Assembly (NCBI GenBank): GCA_951406725.2
Contig: OX597820.1
Coordinates: forward strand, 17,856,001-17,920,000
Source of the DNA: Octopus vulgaris
Lineage: Eukaryota
Direction: 5' to 3'
DNA length: 64,000 nucleotides
Part shown: positions 25,601-39,015 of the stretch, one piece after another
Position numbering within the stretch: the stretch's first letter is position 1
Layout of the letters: every line of letters begins with the position of its first letter
Notes under the pieces: model-generated
What the model saw: the letters and a program-made list of their open reading frames with translations, nothing else
The model's database searches: none
What the model was told of the DNA's origin: nothing
Program-made: the position numbers and the translations under genes

Positions 25601-25602
25601 AG

Positions 25603-26135
25603 AAACGACAGGCTTCTTTCAGTTTCCGCCTAACAAAGCCACTCACAAAGCTTTGGTCGGCCTGAGGCTATAGTAGAAAACACTTGCCTAAGATACCACG
25701 CAGGGAAACTGAACCCGGAACCATGTGGCTGGTAAGCAAGCTACTTACCACACAGCCACTCCTGTGCCTATTATTTTCTTCTTTTATTTGTTTCAGTCAT
25801 TTGACTGTGGCCATGCTGGAGCACCGCCTTTAGTCGAACAAATCGAACCCAGGACTTATTCTTTGTAAACCCAGTACTTATTCTCTCTGTCCCTTTTGCC
25901 GGACCGCTAAGTTACGAGGAGGTAAACAAACCAACGTCGGTTGTCAAGCGATGCTAGGGAGACAAACACAGACAAACAAACATATACATATATTTACGAC
26001 GGGCTTTCATCCACTCATAAGGCAATGGTCGGCCCAAGGCACTAGTAGAAGACACTTGCCCAAGGTGCCACAAAGTGGGACTGAACGCAGAACCATGTGG
26101 TTGGGAATCAATCTTCTTACCACACAGCCACGCCT
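25603..26135 (-). mobile_element. Two adjacent SINE family B pieces
   Basis: Head fragment 25603-25770 and near-complete copy 25775-26135. Confidence 0.8.
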
Positions 26136-26148
26136 GTATGTGCGTGTG

Positions 26149-26232
<84 letters not shown>

Positions 26233-26299
26233 TACATATCTATAAATACATATAGATATATTTATATATATATACTGAGATATAACGGGAAGCTTTATG

Positions 26300-28078
26300 A
26301 AAATAGACAAAAGACGAAGGCAGGTTTACGGAAATAAACAAAAGACGAAGGTAGGTGGAATACAAACAAACAATTGTATTAGTATGGCGCTCAGGAAATA
26401 TAAATAAAACAAGTCTTTAACGTTTCGAGCCTACGCTCTTCAACAGAAAGATACACAGAGAAAAAACACAGAAAGAAGGAGAGAAAAAAATATGCGTGCA
26501 GAGGCTAGCGAATCAACATGGCGATCTGATTTCGGCCAGAAGTCAAAGATCAAACGTGAGACGCAAGAACGAAATTAGGGGAGATAATAGGGTTAAATGA
26601 CCTCGCTCCAACATAAGAGTGTGTGTGTGTGTATGAGAAGAGTGTGTGTATGAGAGATGTATATATGATGTGATGTGTAAAGTCGTATGGTGTAGTGTAG
26701 AGAGAGGAGATGAGGGAAGAGGGGAGGGAAGAGGGGAGGGGAGGGGGAGGGGAGGGGGAGAAAGAAAGGGGAGAAGAGGAGGGGGAAGGGGGAGAAGGAA
26801 GGAGAGGAGAAGAGGAGGGGAGAGAAGGGGGAGAAGGAAGGAGAGGAGAAGAGGAGGGGAGAGGAGGAGGGAGGATAGAGGGAGAGGGGGAGAGAGAGAG
26901 AGAGAAGGGGAGTGAGGGAGCAGAGAGAAAGAGGGAAGGGGAAGAGGAGTAGGGGTGAAAGGATGAAGGACTGAAGAGAAGTAGGGGTCGGGGGAGGTTA
27001 GATGGGGAGAGGGGGGGTTAGATGAGGAGGGGGGAGAGTTGAGACCAAATGGCGTATAAGAGCGAAGAGAGAAGATTAATTCCTGTTCACGGCGCAAACG
27101 GGAATCCGGATGGCCTCTGTGTAAGGACAAACCGAACACAGACAGGTGTTGCAGGGAGTGACCGGTGGAGCGGAAATGGCGTGAGACCGGTGTGTCGTTC
27201 GCAAGGCGGATGTCACGAAGGTGTTCCGCGAACCGGTCAGCCAAGCGGCGTCCCGTTTGTCCGATGTACAGGGAATGGCAGAGAGAGCAAGAGACGCAAT
27301 AGATAATATTGCAGGAGGTGCAGGTGAAGGAGTTGATGATGCGATAGGGTCGATGATGAGTGCCAGTGAGGAGGGTGGTGTTGGAGAGGTAAGGGCAAGT
27401 GCGGCAACGTGGGCGGGAGCAGGGGAACGAGCCAGGTTGGGAGGTAGGGTCAGGGAAGGAGCTATGGACCAAAAGGTCTCGAAGGTTATGGGCTCGTTTG
27501 AAAGAGGGGAGGGGTCGGTTAGGGAAGAGGTGTGAAGTGGACGGGTCGGACTGGAGATGACGGAAAGCTCGAAGAATGGTGCGTTGGAGAGGTAGGGTCG
27601 TGGGGTGGTAAGTGAGGGGAAAAGGGAGGCGGGAGACTACAGGGCGGGTTCGGGGAGAGAGAGCAGATACACGGTCCGCGGAACGTGCTCTGGCAAGGGC
27701 GGTGTGGATAGTGGTGAGGGGGCATCCACGTAGGATGAAGTGGTGAGCCATATGTTGAGACTGAGTCTCAAAGTCATGGTCGTCACTACAGAGCCTACGT
27801 AGACGGAGGAATTGGGAATAGGGGATGGAAAGCTTGGTGTGTTCTGGGTGGGAGGAAGAGAAGTTGAGGTATGAGTGTGAGTCTGTGTGTTTGTAGTGAA
27901 TGGAGGTGGTAAGAGTGGAGTGAAGAATGCTAACCGAAATGTCGAGGAAGGAGACAGAGGTGTTGGAGATAGTGGAAGTGAAGTGGAGGGCTGGATGGAA
28001 AGATTGGACGAAATCTTTTTGAGAGGAAGGAATCTAGATGTTCACGGGAGAGTGAGGTGGCACCGATAATGTCGTCAC
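26300..28078 (-). mobile_element. 5'-truncated Penelope-like retroelement (Neptune-like): RT C-terminus plus GIY-YIG endonuclease
   Basis: DDII..HPALHFT..VSFLDISV..TSIHYKHTDSHSYL..SSHP..IPYSQFLRLRR leads in frame into the 26543-27751 ORF with CSRPRCRTC and NIIYCVSC..YIGQTGR..RFAEH. Confidence 0.93.
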
Positions 28079-28248
28079 ACACTCATGTATATCTATAAAT
28101 ACATGTACTTATATATATAAATATATATATATATAATATTTATATATATATATGTACATGTATATATAGATAGGTATGTGTGTGTATGTATATATATATA
28201 TATATATATTTTATACAAGTATTTATATTTATAAATAATTATAAGTGC

Positions 28249-28283
<35 letters not shown>

Positions 28284-28307
28284 GGTACATGTATTTATAG
28301 ATATGTA

Positions 28308-28376
<69 letters not shown>

Positions 28377-28377
28377 G

Positions 28378-28447
<70 letters not shown>

Positions 28448-28689
28448 GTCGTAGCGCTCCTGTCACAATCTGAACCTGATGAATGCTGAAATGCAAGAAA
28501 GTATACTAGTTCAATGAGAATAGACATTTAATATTTAATTTCCCATATTTCATTTGTTCAATAAGACAATCAAAATACTTCATTTCATTTCTTATTCTAT
28601 ATTCTATATCCTATTTATATCCTATATTATAAGAATATAAGTAAAACGTAAACAACAGAAAGAGCTGGAATTCCTTTGAGTAATATGTG

Positions 28690-28692
28690 TGT

Positions 28693-28735
<43 letters not shown>

Positions 28736-28812
28736 ATGTATGTGTGTATGTATGTATGTGTGTTTGTGTGTATGTATGTATGTATGTATGTATGTATGTA
28801 TGTGTGTATGTA

Positions 28813-28843
<31 letters not shown>

Positions 28844-29130
28844 GTGTGTATGTATGTATGTATGTATGTATGTATGTATGTATGTATGTATGTGTGTATG
28901 TATGTGTGTGTATGTATGTATGTATGTATGTATGTATGTGTGTATGTGTGTGTGTGTATGTGTGTGTGTATGTATGTATGTATGTATGTATGTATGTATG
29001 TATGTATGTATGTATGTATGTGTGTGTGTATGTGTGTGTGTGTATGTATGTATGTATGTATGTATGTATGTGTGTGTGTGTGTATGTATGTATGTGTGTG
29101 TGTGTGTATGTATATATGTATGTATGTGTG
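28690..29130. repeat. (ATGT)n/(TG)n compound microsatellite
   Basis: Direct reading. Confidence 0.95.
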
Positions 29131-29349
29131 TGGTCCCCTTTCGACTCTGCCCATAGATACCAACCTACGACCCTGTGTCAAAGTCGAAAATTAATGAAAA
29201 AAAAATCTTAGCAAGTTACTATGATTATAATTAGCATATATCTCTCTACGTGTGAACTCATTAACAGTTTTTCCCTCACACTCCATCTCACTCCCCCTCT
29301 CTCTCTCTCTCTCTCAGTCCTTCTGTCTTTCTCACTGTACTTGTCTGGG

Positions 29350-29547
29350 TCGGTCATAATTGCTCTCTCTCTCTCTCTTTCTCTTTCTCTCTCTTTTCCC
29401 CTTCCCCACATAAACATTCCCCCTCCCCTTACGTCCAGTCCTAACTCTTTCTCTCCCTCACTGTCTCTCACTCTCTCCTTCAATTTTCATTATTTTTTCT
29501 ATCTATCTGCCTACTAATCTATCAAACTATATCTTTACTGTTTTCAA

Positions 29548-29600
<53 letters not shown>

Positions 29601-29770
29601 TTTCCCCTTCCCCACATAAACATTCCCCCTCCCCTTACGTCCTGTCCTAACTCTTTCTCTCTCTCACTGTCTCTCACTCTCTCCTTCAATTTTTCTCTTT
29701 TTTTCTATCTATCTACCTTACTAATCTATCAAACTATATCTTTACCGTTTTCAATCTCTCTCTCTCTTCT
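29350..29770. repeat. ~206-bp tandem duplication in CT-rich sequence
   Basis: tttccccttccccacataaacattcccc at ~29395 and ~29601. Confidence 0.85.
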
Positions 29771-30014
29771 CCCTCTCTCTCTCTCTCTTTCCCTCTCTCT
29801 TTTTCTCTCTCTCTTTCCCTCTCTCTCTCTCACCCACCCCTCACTCGTTTAATTCCCACCCTCCATCCCCTGACATTTGTATAAAATAAAGGTCATCTTT
29901 AGTTTATAAACTAAATATACCACCGGTCACCCAGCGTTATTTCTCTCAGCTCTGTTTTGTTTAAATGCAAATAAATCGAAGACGCTTTTTTGTATCTATT
30001 AACTTACCGTTACA

Positions 30015-30445
30015 AAGGCGGCGAGCTGGCAGAAACGTCAAAACGCCGGGCGCGAAATGCGTAGCCGTATTTCGTCTGCGGTTACGTTCTGAGTTCAAAT
30101 TCCGCCGATGTCAACTTTGCCTTTCATTCGTTCCAGTTACGCACTGGGGTGGATGTAATCGACTTAATCCGTTTGTCGGTCCTTGTTTGTCCCCTCTATG
30201 TTTAGCCCCTTGTGGGCAATAAAGAAATAAGAAACGTTAGCACGCCGGGCGAAATGCGTAGCCGTATTTCGTCTGCCGTTACGTTCTGAGTTCAAATTCC
30301 GCCGAGGTCGACTTTGCCTTTCATCCTTTCGGGGTCGATAAATTAAGTACCAGTTACGCACTGGGGTCAATGTAATCGACTTAATCCCTTCATCTGTCCT
30401 TGTTTTCCCCTCTGTGTTTAGCCCCTTGTGGATAGTAAAGAAAAA
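30015..30445 (+). mobile_element. SINE family A dimer
   Basis: Junction aataaagaaata|agaaacgttagc at ~30230. Confidence 0.9.
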
Positions 30446-30587
30446 TATTAACTTTCCGTTACATTATAAATACCCACGTATACAAACCATAAAACGTCAA
30501 CGAGTATGAGAGTTGAATACATTTATTTAACCAGTCGTCATCTTAGCTTTATTATGAGGTTTTATGGTTCATATAATCCTCATGTAT

Positions 30588-30905
30588 GGAGGCGCAATGG
30601 CCCAATGGTTAGGGCAGCGGACTCGCGGTCGGAGGATCGCGGTTTCGATTCCCAGCCTGGCGTTGTGTGTGTTTATTGAATGAAAACACCTAAAGTTCCA
30701 CGAGGCTCCGGCAGGGGATGGCGGCGACCCCTGTTGTACTCTTTCGCCCCAGCTTTCTCTCACTCTCTCTTCCTGTTTCTTGAGTAACGCTGCGATGGAC
30801 TGGCGTCCCGTCTAGCTAGGGGGGGGGGGGGCAACACATACGCCATAGAAACCAGGAAACCGAGCCCATGAGCCTGGCTAGGCTTGAAAAGGGCGCATAA
30901 ATAAA
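30588..30905 (+). mobile_element. SINE family C, tail type 1
   Basis: tRNA head plus gctgcgatggactggcgtcc segment and A-rich end. Confidence 0.85.
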
Positions 30906-30921
30906 AATAAAATCCTCATGT

Positions 30922-31205
30922 AAAGGCGCGTGGCTTAGTGGTTAGGGTGTTCGGCTCACGATAGCAACGTCCTGAGTTCGGTTCCCGGCAACGTGTTGTG
31001 ACCTTGAGCGAGACGTTTTATTTCACAGCTGACAAAATGAGGGCCAGCTTTTCCACATTCTGTGTCACGCTCAATCTCCCTGAGAACTAAGTTAAGGGTA
31101 CACGTGTCTGTGGAGTGCTCAGCCACTTGCATGTTAATTTCAAAACCAGACTATTCAGTTAATCGGATTAACTGGAATACTCGTCGTCATATCCGACGAA
31201 GTGTT
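30922..31205 (+). mobile_element. Older tRNA/CORE-like SINE
   Basis: ggcgcgtggcttagtggttaggg..gagttcggttccc..gtgaccttgagc. Confidence 0.65.
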
Positions 31206-31444
31206 AGTGTTTCTTTCTTTCTTTATTCCTCATGAAATAATTTCATCGATCGGATCTCCTGAATTTCAGCTGTATAGAACTCTGCATTATACTCATCCGC
31301 ATTGGATTTCAATATAGTCTGCTAGCCGAGTCTGCTAGAAGAGCTTTATGTGGTAGCCACACGATTCTTTGAATCCATATATTACACAACAAATTTATAA
31401 GCATAAATGTGGAGGTGGGTGTATGTATGTATGCATTTTAAATA

Positions 31445-31959
31445 TCTCTCTCTATATAAACGGCAGTTTATCTGTCTGTGTGTCTGTCAGGTTGTACCCT
31501 CACCCTGACCACGGCTTTCAACCGATTCTGATGAAACTTGACACACACATAGCCCAATATCAAAATTCAAAACTAACGCAGCGAAAATTTTGAAAAGTTC
31601 CCCCAGTTCTGAAAAAAATCTATAAATTCGACATGGGGTCGAGAATCTAAGCTTTTTATATGCAACACATTTTCTGTTGTAGTTTTCGCAACTTGCAATC
31701 AATTTTCACCAAACTCATTGTGAAGCTTAAAGTTACCCTAAGAAACTTAATTCTGATGTTAGTTTTCCATGCAATACCTTACCATCAGAAAAAATCGATA
31801 AAATCATGCCATTTTGGGAAATCGCGTTCAAATTAAAGATGACATATTTTCGACAATATCTTTCACAAATTGGCAGGAATTATTTTTAAATTCACAGCGA
31901 GCATCATGTCTGCTCCAGGGGCTCTTACATACCCGGGCAATGCCGGAATATGCTGCTAG
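31445..31959 (+). mobile_element. Non-autonomous Helitron, copy 2
   Basis: A|TC start, cccgggcaatgccgga hairpin, CTAG|T end; 5' ~200 bp matches copy 1. Confidence 0.85.
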
Positions 31960-32011
31960 TTTTTGATAAAGCCAAAACAATATAAATTATTATTTTTTAA
32001 AACTAACAATA

Positions 32012-32408
32012 TAGGCGCGGGCGTGGCTGTGTGGTTAGAAGCTTGCTTCCCAACCACATGATTCCGAGTTCATTCCCACTACGTAGCACCTTGGGCAAGT
32101 GTCTTCTACTATAGCCTCGGGCTGACCAAAGCCTTGTGAGTGGATCTGGTAGGCGGAAACTGAAAGAAACCCGTCGTATATATATATGTATATGTATATG
32201 TTTGTGTGTCTGTGTTTGTGCCCCCAACATCGCTTGACGACCAGTGTTGGTGTGTTTAAGTCCTCGTAACTTAGCGGTTGGCAAAAGAGACCAATAGAAT
32301 AGGTCCAAGGCTTACAAAGAATAAGTCCTGGGGTCGATTTGTTCGATTAAAAGGCGGTGCTCCAGCATGGCCGTAGTCAAATGACTGAAACACGTAAAAG
32401 AGTAAAAA
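32012..32408 (+). mobile_element. SINE family B, full length
   Basis: aggcgcgggcgtggctgtgtggt..accttgggcaagtgtc..gactgaaacacgtaaaagagtaaaa. Confidence 0.9.
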
Positions 32409-32460
32409 AATAAATACAGATCAATGTAGCGAGTGCTGTTACTTGGTACTTCAAACGTTG

Positions 32461-33142
32461 AAGGCGGCGAGTTGGCAGAACATTAGCACACCGGGCGAAA
32501 TACTTAGCGGTATTTCGTCTGCCGCTACGTTCTGAGTTCAAATTCCGCCGAGGTCGACTTTGCCTTTCATCTTTTTGGAGTCGATTAAATAAGTACCAGT
32601 TACGCACTGGGGTCGATATAATCGACTTAATCTGTTTGTCTGTACTTGTTTGTTCCCTCTATGTTTAGCCTCTTGTGGGTAGTAAAGAAATAGGTATTTC
32701 GTCTGCCGTTACGTTCTGAGTTCAAATTCCTCCGAAGTCGACTTTGCCTTTCATCCTTTCGGGGTCGATAAATTAAGTACCAGTTACGCACTGGGGTCGA
32801 TGTAATCGACTTAATCCGTTTGTCTGTCCTTGTTTGTCCCCTCTATGTACCCTCCTAGTGGGTAGTAAAGAAATAAGAAACGTTAGCACGCCGGGCGAAA
32901 TGTTTAGCAGTATTTCGTCTCTACGTTCTAAGTTCAAATTCCGCCGAGGTCGACTTTGCCTTTCATGCTTAGCAGTATTTCGTCTCTCTTTACGTTCTGA
33001 GTTCAAATTCCGCCGGGGTCGACATTGCCTTTCATCCTTTCGGGGTCGATAAATTAAGTACCAGTTGCGTACTGGCGTCGATCTAATCGACTGGGCCCCT
33101 CCTGAAATCTTTCGGGCCTTGTGCCTAGAGTAGAAAAGAATA
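32461..33142 (+). mobile_element. SINE family A tandem array
   Basis: Two units with the Tx1-like tail, then a last unit with the alternative ggccttgtgcc tail. Confidence 0.9.
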
Positions 33143-33434
33143 TTTCAAACATTGGAGCCCTTCTTCATGAAATTTATGGCGAAAAGATGTCGATAGCTGT
33201 TGTCTCTACCCTGTAGTTTGTGCGAAATTGGGTGAGTTGGAAACAGCTGTCAGCACTTTATGTTCTAAAGAAAGAGTCCTCACCTTGTGATATTGGAAAA
33301 TCAAGCAGTAAAGTAAACAATCATCGACTTGTAATGTAAATTCTTTTGTAACGAGCGTTTTTCTTTTTTTTCTTTTGGTTCTATCTAGAAAAAATCTTTC
33401 ATAAAAGCTAAAGGTATATCAGACAACGCTGCAA

Positions 33435-33473
<39 letters not shown>

Positions 33474-33477
<4 letters not shown>

Positions 33478-34060
33478 TAAATAAAATAAAACATATGCCT
33501 ATATATAAACATATATGTACGTACCTACCTCTACATGTACATATACACGCATATATGAGTACAGGACACCAAAAAGACGTCGAACACAATAAGAAACGAA
33601 AACATAGACACAAACCAAAGGAACTGGACATTTTTTTAAACAACAACAAAAATAGAGTACAGGACAATTAACACAAAGAAAAAAACCCTTCTTCAGTCGC
33701 TATGGTTTCATCTACTCTCCGTTTCGAAGGTGAAAGCGAGACATATCTTCGACAAGAAACTTTCCTTCCTGCGAAAAGCAAATCAATTAAAATTCTGAGA
33801 TCTTTTCGCAGAGTGGTAAAAGATGGTAACAAAAACAGGACAGTAACGACAGTACAAATTATAAACACTAAAAGACAGGACAAGGAAAAACAAGATAAGA
33901 AGGGCTGTTAACGCCGAACAAAAAAAAGTATTGCGAACGCGGATTTTTTTATGAACGACGAGCGGAGCAAAAAGAAATGTCGTCCATACCTTGAGAGGGC
34001 CAGGCCAGAAAGACAGCAGCGGAAGTCTCGTCGCGGGTCAACGATGAGAGGGGGGATACA
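33474..34060 (-). mobile_element. Diverged copy of the 16772 non-coding element
   Basis: Shares gtacgtacctacctctacatgtac..gcgaaaagcaaatcaattaaaattctgagatcttttcgcagag; abuts (TA)n. Confidence 0.75.
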
Positions 34061-34138
34061 TAATAATAATTATTTGAGGGAATATTATTCCTAACTTGCA
34101 GGGAAAAATTCAATTTAGAAATACTAAATCAAATTTCA

Positions 34139-34212
<74 letters not shown>

Positions 34213-34219
<7 letters not shown>

Positions 34220-34513
34220 TTAGAAAAAAACACCTTTTATCAATTCAAAATGAATTAAATTACACCATCTAGAACATTACATATAATAGAAATATTAAAA
34301 ATTATATAACAATAATATACCGATGATAAAGTAAATTGCAAATATAATAATAAAAAACAAATATATACGTTTTTATTATTATATTTGCAATTTACTTAAT
34401 CATCGGTATATTATTGTTATTTTATATTTACTATTTCTATTATATGTAATTTTCTAGATGGTGTAATTTAATTGTTCATTTTGAATTGATAAAAGGTGTT
34501 TTTTCTAATTTTG

Positions 34514-34515
<2 letters not shown>
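34213..34515. repeat. ~300-bp imperfect palindrome between (TA)n tracts
   Basis: aaaattagaaaaaaacaccttttatcaattcaaaatgaa / ttcattttgaattgataaaaggtgttttttctaatttt. Confidence 0.92.
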
Positions 34516-34595
<80 letters not shown>

Positions 34596-34596
34596 A

Positions 34597-34632
<36 letters not shown>

Positions 34633-35039
34633 TGTATGTATGTATGTATGTATGTATGTATATGTGTATGTAAGTATGTATGTATGTATGCATGTATGTA
34701 AGTATGTATGTAAGTATGTATGTATGTAAGTATGTATGTATGTATATGTGTATGTGTGTGTATGTATGTATGTAAAGTACAGGTGCCCTTAGAAAAGAGA
34801 GAGAGAGGGGGGGGAGAGAGAAAAGTTTTGATTTGAGGGAGATTTCATTGCTATTTCGAGGTTGTCCATATTTCCAACGGGATTCTTCAAAGTCTATCTA
34901 AACCGATTTCAGACAGAAGGCTAGGATTAACTCGAGGTTATAGAAAAAAAAAAGATCCTTAAACAAGATACGAAAGACGGGGAACCGAACCCGGGATCTC
35001 GTTATTGTCAAGTGAACTTTCTAACTACCCACACACATT

Positions 35040-35077
<38 letters not shown>

Positions 35078-35219
35078 AACACACACACACACACATACAC
35101 ACACATTTTCTTACACAACTCATACACGTACACACACATGTGTGTGCGCGCGCGGATGTGTCAATGTATATGTGTTTATGAGAGGGAGAGACAAGGAGAA
35201 AGGAGATGTGAAACAAATA

Positions 35220-35253
<34 letters not shown>

Positions 35254-35739
35254 TACATACACACATACATACATACATATATACATACATACATACACAC
35301 ATACATACATACATACACATACATACATATATACATACATACACACACACATACATACATACACACATACATACATACATACATACATACACACACACAT
35401 ACATACATACATACACACATACATACACACATACATACATACATACACACGCACACACATACATACACACATACATACATACATACATACATACATACAT
35501 ACATACATACATACATACATACATACATACATACTTACATACACGTGCGTGTGTGTCTGTGTATTGCATTGTATGTGTATGTGTATGCCGCAAACTTAAC
35601 TATCTACAATCCAAAATTATGTAACCTGCAGAAGACACGTGCCCCATCCCCCGAGCATGTTTACATCGACATTCTTTTAGATATATATATATGAATGTGT
35701 ATACAAACATATAAACACATATATAGATACATACGTGTA

Positions 35740-35805
<66 letters not shown>

Positions 35806-35909
35806 AATAGATGAGTGTATTTCTTTTGAGTAGTATCAGTGGAATTTTCGAAACATGTGTCGAAAGTAGAAATATTTGATTTACACCTGCGTTAAACTCC
35901 ATTTATTTA

Positions 35910-35994
<85 letters not shown>

Positions 35995-36015
35995 TTATAT
36001 ATTTATATATATATA

Positions 36016-36066
<51 letters not shown>

Positions 36067-36261
36067 ACATTATATAAAAGGGCTTAGTAAAATAAATTAC
36101 TTTGCCACATACTGAACTCATTAGAAATAGTAGCTAAAAAAACTTTTTTAGAACTATTTCTAATACTTAAAGAAAATCTCTCTCAAATAGTGTTTGCTCA
36201 ATTCAACTCACGAAAGTATGGGGGTAAAGACATTAAAAAATCAGATGCAAAGGAATTGTTG

Positions 36262-36335
<74 letters not shown>

Positions 36336-36557
36336 TATATTTAGATATATATACGTATATATATATATATATATGTGTGTATGTACACACACACAAATAT
36401 ATGTATATATATCTATATATGTATATATGTATGTATGAATGTATATACATATATATATGTGTATATGTGTGTATGTTATATATGTATGAATTCATATATA
36501 TATACATATACATAGATATATGCATATATGTGTGTGTATGTGTTTATGTTTGTGTAT

Positions 36558-36606
<49 letters not shown>

Positions 36607-36896
36607 ACTAGAAAAATGTTCTGTTTCAAAACAACTGCACTTTCAAGAGAGAGAGAGAGAGAGAGGATGCCCCCGTGTGAACAACAACAACTTACCGAAG
36701 CGAAAAGACCTACGTCAGACACACACGACGAAACCGCGTCGTTTGGTGACAACGTCGTCGTCGTCGTCGTCGTGTAATTCTAACCCCGCCTCCACCACCA
36801 ATCACACACCACTACCATAATAACTCTCTCTTTTCTCTCTTTCGCTTTCCCTCTTCCCCCTTCTCACTCTCTTCCTCTCTTTCTATCTATATCTGC

Positions 36897-36947
<51 letters not shown>

Positions 36948-37929
36948 CCTACCTATCTCTTTTTTTCCTAGCTTTATATCTCTCCGTATATCTTTTACTC
37001 AACATTGACGCGTACTTCTCTCAGCCTCAGAACAACGGTCCAGCGATTTTGATTAACAATATCTATAGGTGTGTATATACATATATACATATATCTACAA
37101 TTGCTTTCCATCTCGTATTGTCTTACGTATTATTTTTCCTTTCCTATTTCTTCTTGTCTGTCTTTCTTCCTTCCGCTTTGTTTTACAAATTTTATAAATT
37201 TTAAAACAAAGTCCTTTGCGTACGTAATTTGTACGCTGCGTGCGATTTTGACACACCTGTTTACATACATTAAGCGGACACCTTCTACATAAATAATTCG
37301 AAATAGTAATGTAATCTCCCTCAAATCAAAACTTTTCTCTCTCCCTCGCTATCTTTTTCTTAGGGTACAATGGAAATAATAACTTCTACACACCTTTGGA
37401 TCGTATCTCTCCACGATCAAAGTTAACCTGGCGTTACGCGGCAGCAGTTGTTTATTATATATATACATATATATATATATATTTAATTGTTTACAATATA
37501 TAAACGGAAGGCTTGAAATTTGCTGAAAGGAAAACAATCCATCATCGAGCCCCATAATTCATAAGTATTTTGTTTTGTCAACACCGGGAGGATAAAAGGA
37601 GGAAAAAGAACGAAAAAAAAAGTCGTTGCGATTGTATTTGAACTCATTACATTATGAGTCGCGCTTTGCCCGACACGTTCACGACTCGGCCAACTAGCAA
37701 CAACAGCCACGGAATGCGTGTATTGGAAGCGGTAAATAACTTCGAATTTCTTTTCGATTTATCAATGAAAATGTGCCACTGTTTCTCATTAGCAAAAGCG
37801 GAAAGGTGAGGGACGTGATCCTACTTAATGCTGTACACTCTTTAGTTGCGTAGCCCTGTGTTTTAAAGTTCAAACTCAGCCGGTTTCGATTTTTACCTTT
37901 TTATCAATTTTTACCTTTTTATCAATTGT

Positions 37930-38290
37930 GGTACTATTTAAGAAGAGTGGACCAGGTGTGCGCACTGCATACCCGCGCATCCGTGCTAACTAGTCGTGAC
38001 TAGTCGATCCTTACTTTGTGTTTTTGTGTTTTATTTACTTTGTTTAAAAAATTATTTACTTAGTGTTTTTGTATTTTTTTTTTTTGTTTTTTACTTGTTT
38101 CAGTCATTTGACTGCGGCCATGCTGGAGCACCGCCTTTACTTTATTTACTTTATTTACTTTGTTTTAAAAATTATTTAGTTTGTGTAAAAAAAAATATTT
38201 ATTTTGTGTTTTATTTACTTTGCTAGGTAGTCGTTGTAAGATCGACTAGTCACGACTAGCTAGTGCGGATGCACTCTTAAGTAGTAGCCA
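37930..38290. mobile_element. MITE-like element with long inverted ends, containing a SINE B tail
   Basis: gcatccgtgctaactagtcgtgactagtcgatccttac / gtaagatcgactagtcacgactagctagtgcggatgc. Confidence 0.65.
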
Positions 38291-38981
38291 TCTGGAACCC
38301 CATAGTATGCATAGCGCTTATACATACATGCATACATACATACATACATATATGCATACGTACATGCATACGTACATACATACATACATACATACATACA
38401 TACATAAATATACACACATACACATGCATACATACATACATACATACATACATACATACATACATACATACATAATTACGTACGTACGTAAACGCGTTTC
38501 TTTATACGTCAATTGCGGTGGAGGTAAAATATAAACACCCCACCAACTTCCGTTTTTTTTTTTATATATTGTTTGTTTGTTTTTGTGGATTTATTTTTAA
38601 TACCTTATTTCGGATTTCTCTGTTTTCGTCCGTCACAGGAGATTGCATTTTTTGCAAAAACAAAGCGCGTTTTCGAAATTTGCCGTCAACTTATACACAA
38701 AAAGACACGTGTAGGCATGGTTTTTGTGTGCGATGCACGCTTGCGTGTATGTGTATGTATATATCAACAAAAAATGAAATTTATAGCACTGGCGCACGAA
38801 ACTACATATAAGCTTCACAGCAAATAAGTAATATATAAAATTAAATGAATGTCTGTCTGTCTGTCTGTCTGTTTGCCTGTCTGTTTGCCTGTCTGTTTGC
38901 CTGTCTGTCTGTCTGTTTCTGCGTGCGTGTGTGTGTGTGTGTGTAAATATATGTACATAAATAGATGTACACACACACATG

Positions 38982-39015
<34 letters not shown>

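Noticed and set aside
26543-27040. Pro/Leu/Ser-rich C-terminal extension of the Penelope ORF
   Set aside because: Read-through into a pyrimidine-rich low-complexity UTR, not a domain.
30588-30660. tRNA gene-like sequence (also at other SINE heads)
   Set aside because: A/B boxes are present but the sequence continues into SINE bodies and no clean cloverleaf is evident.
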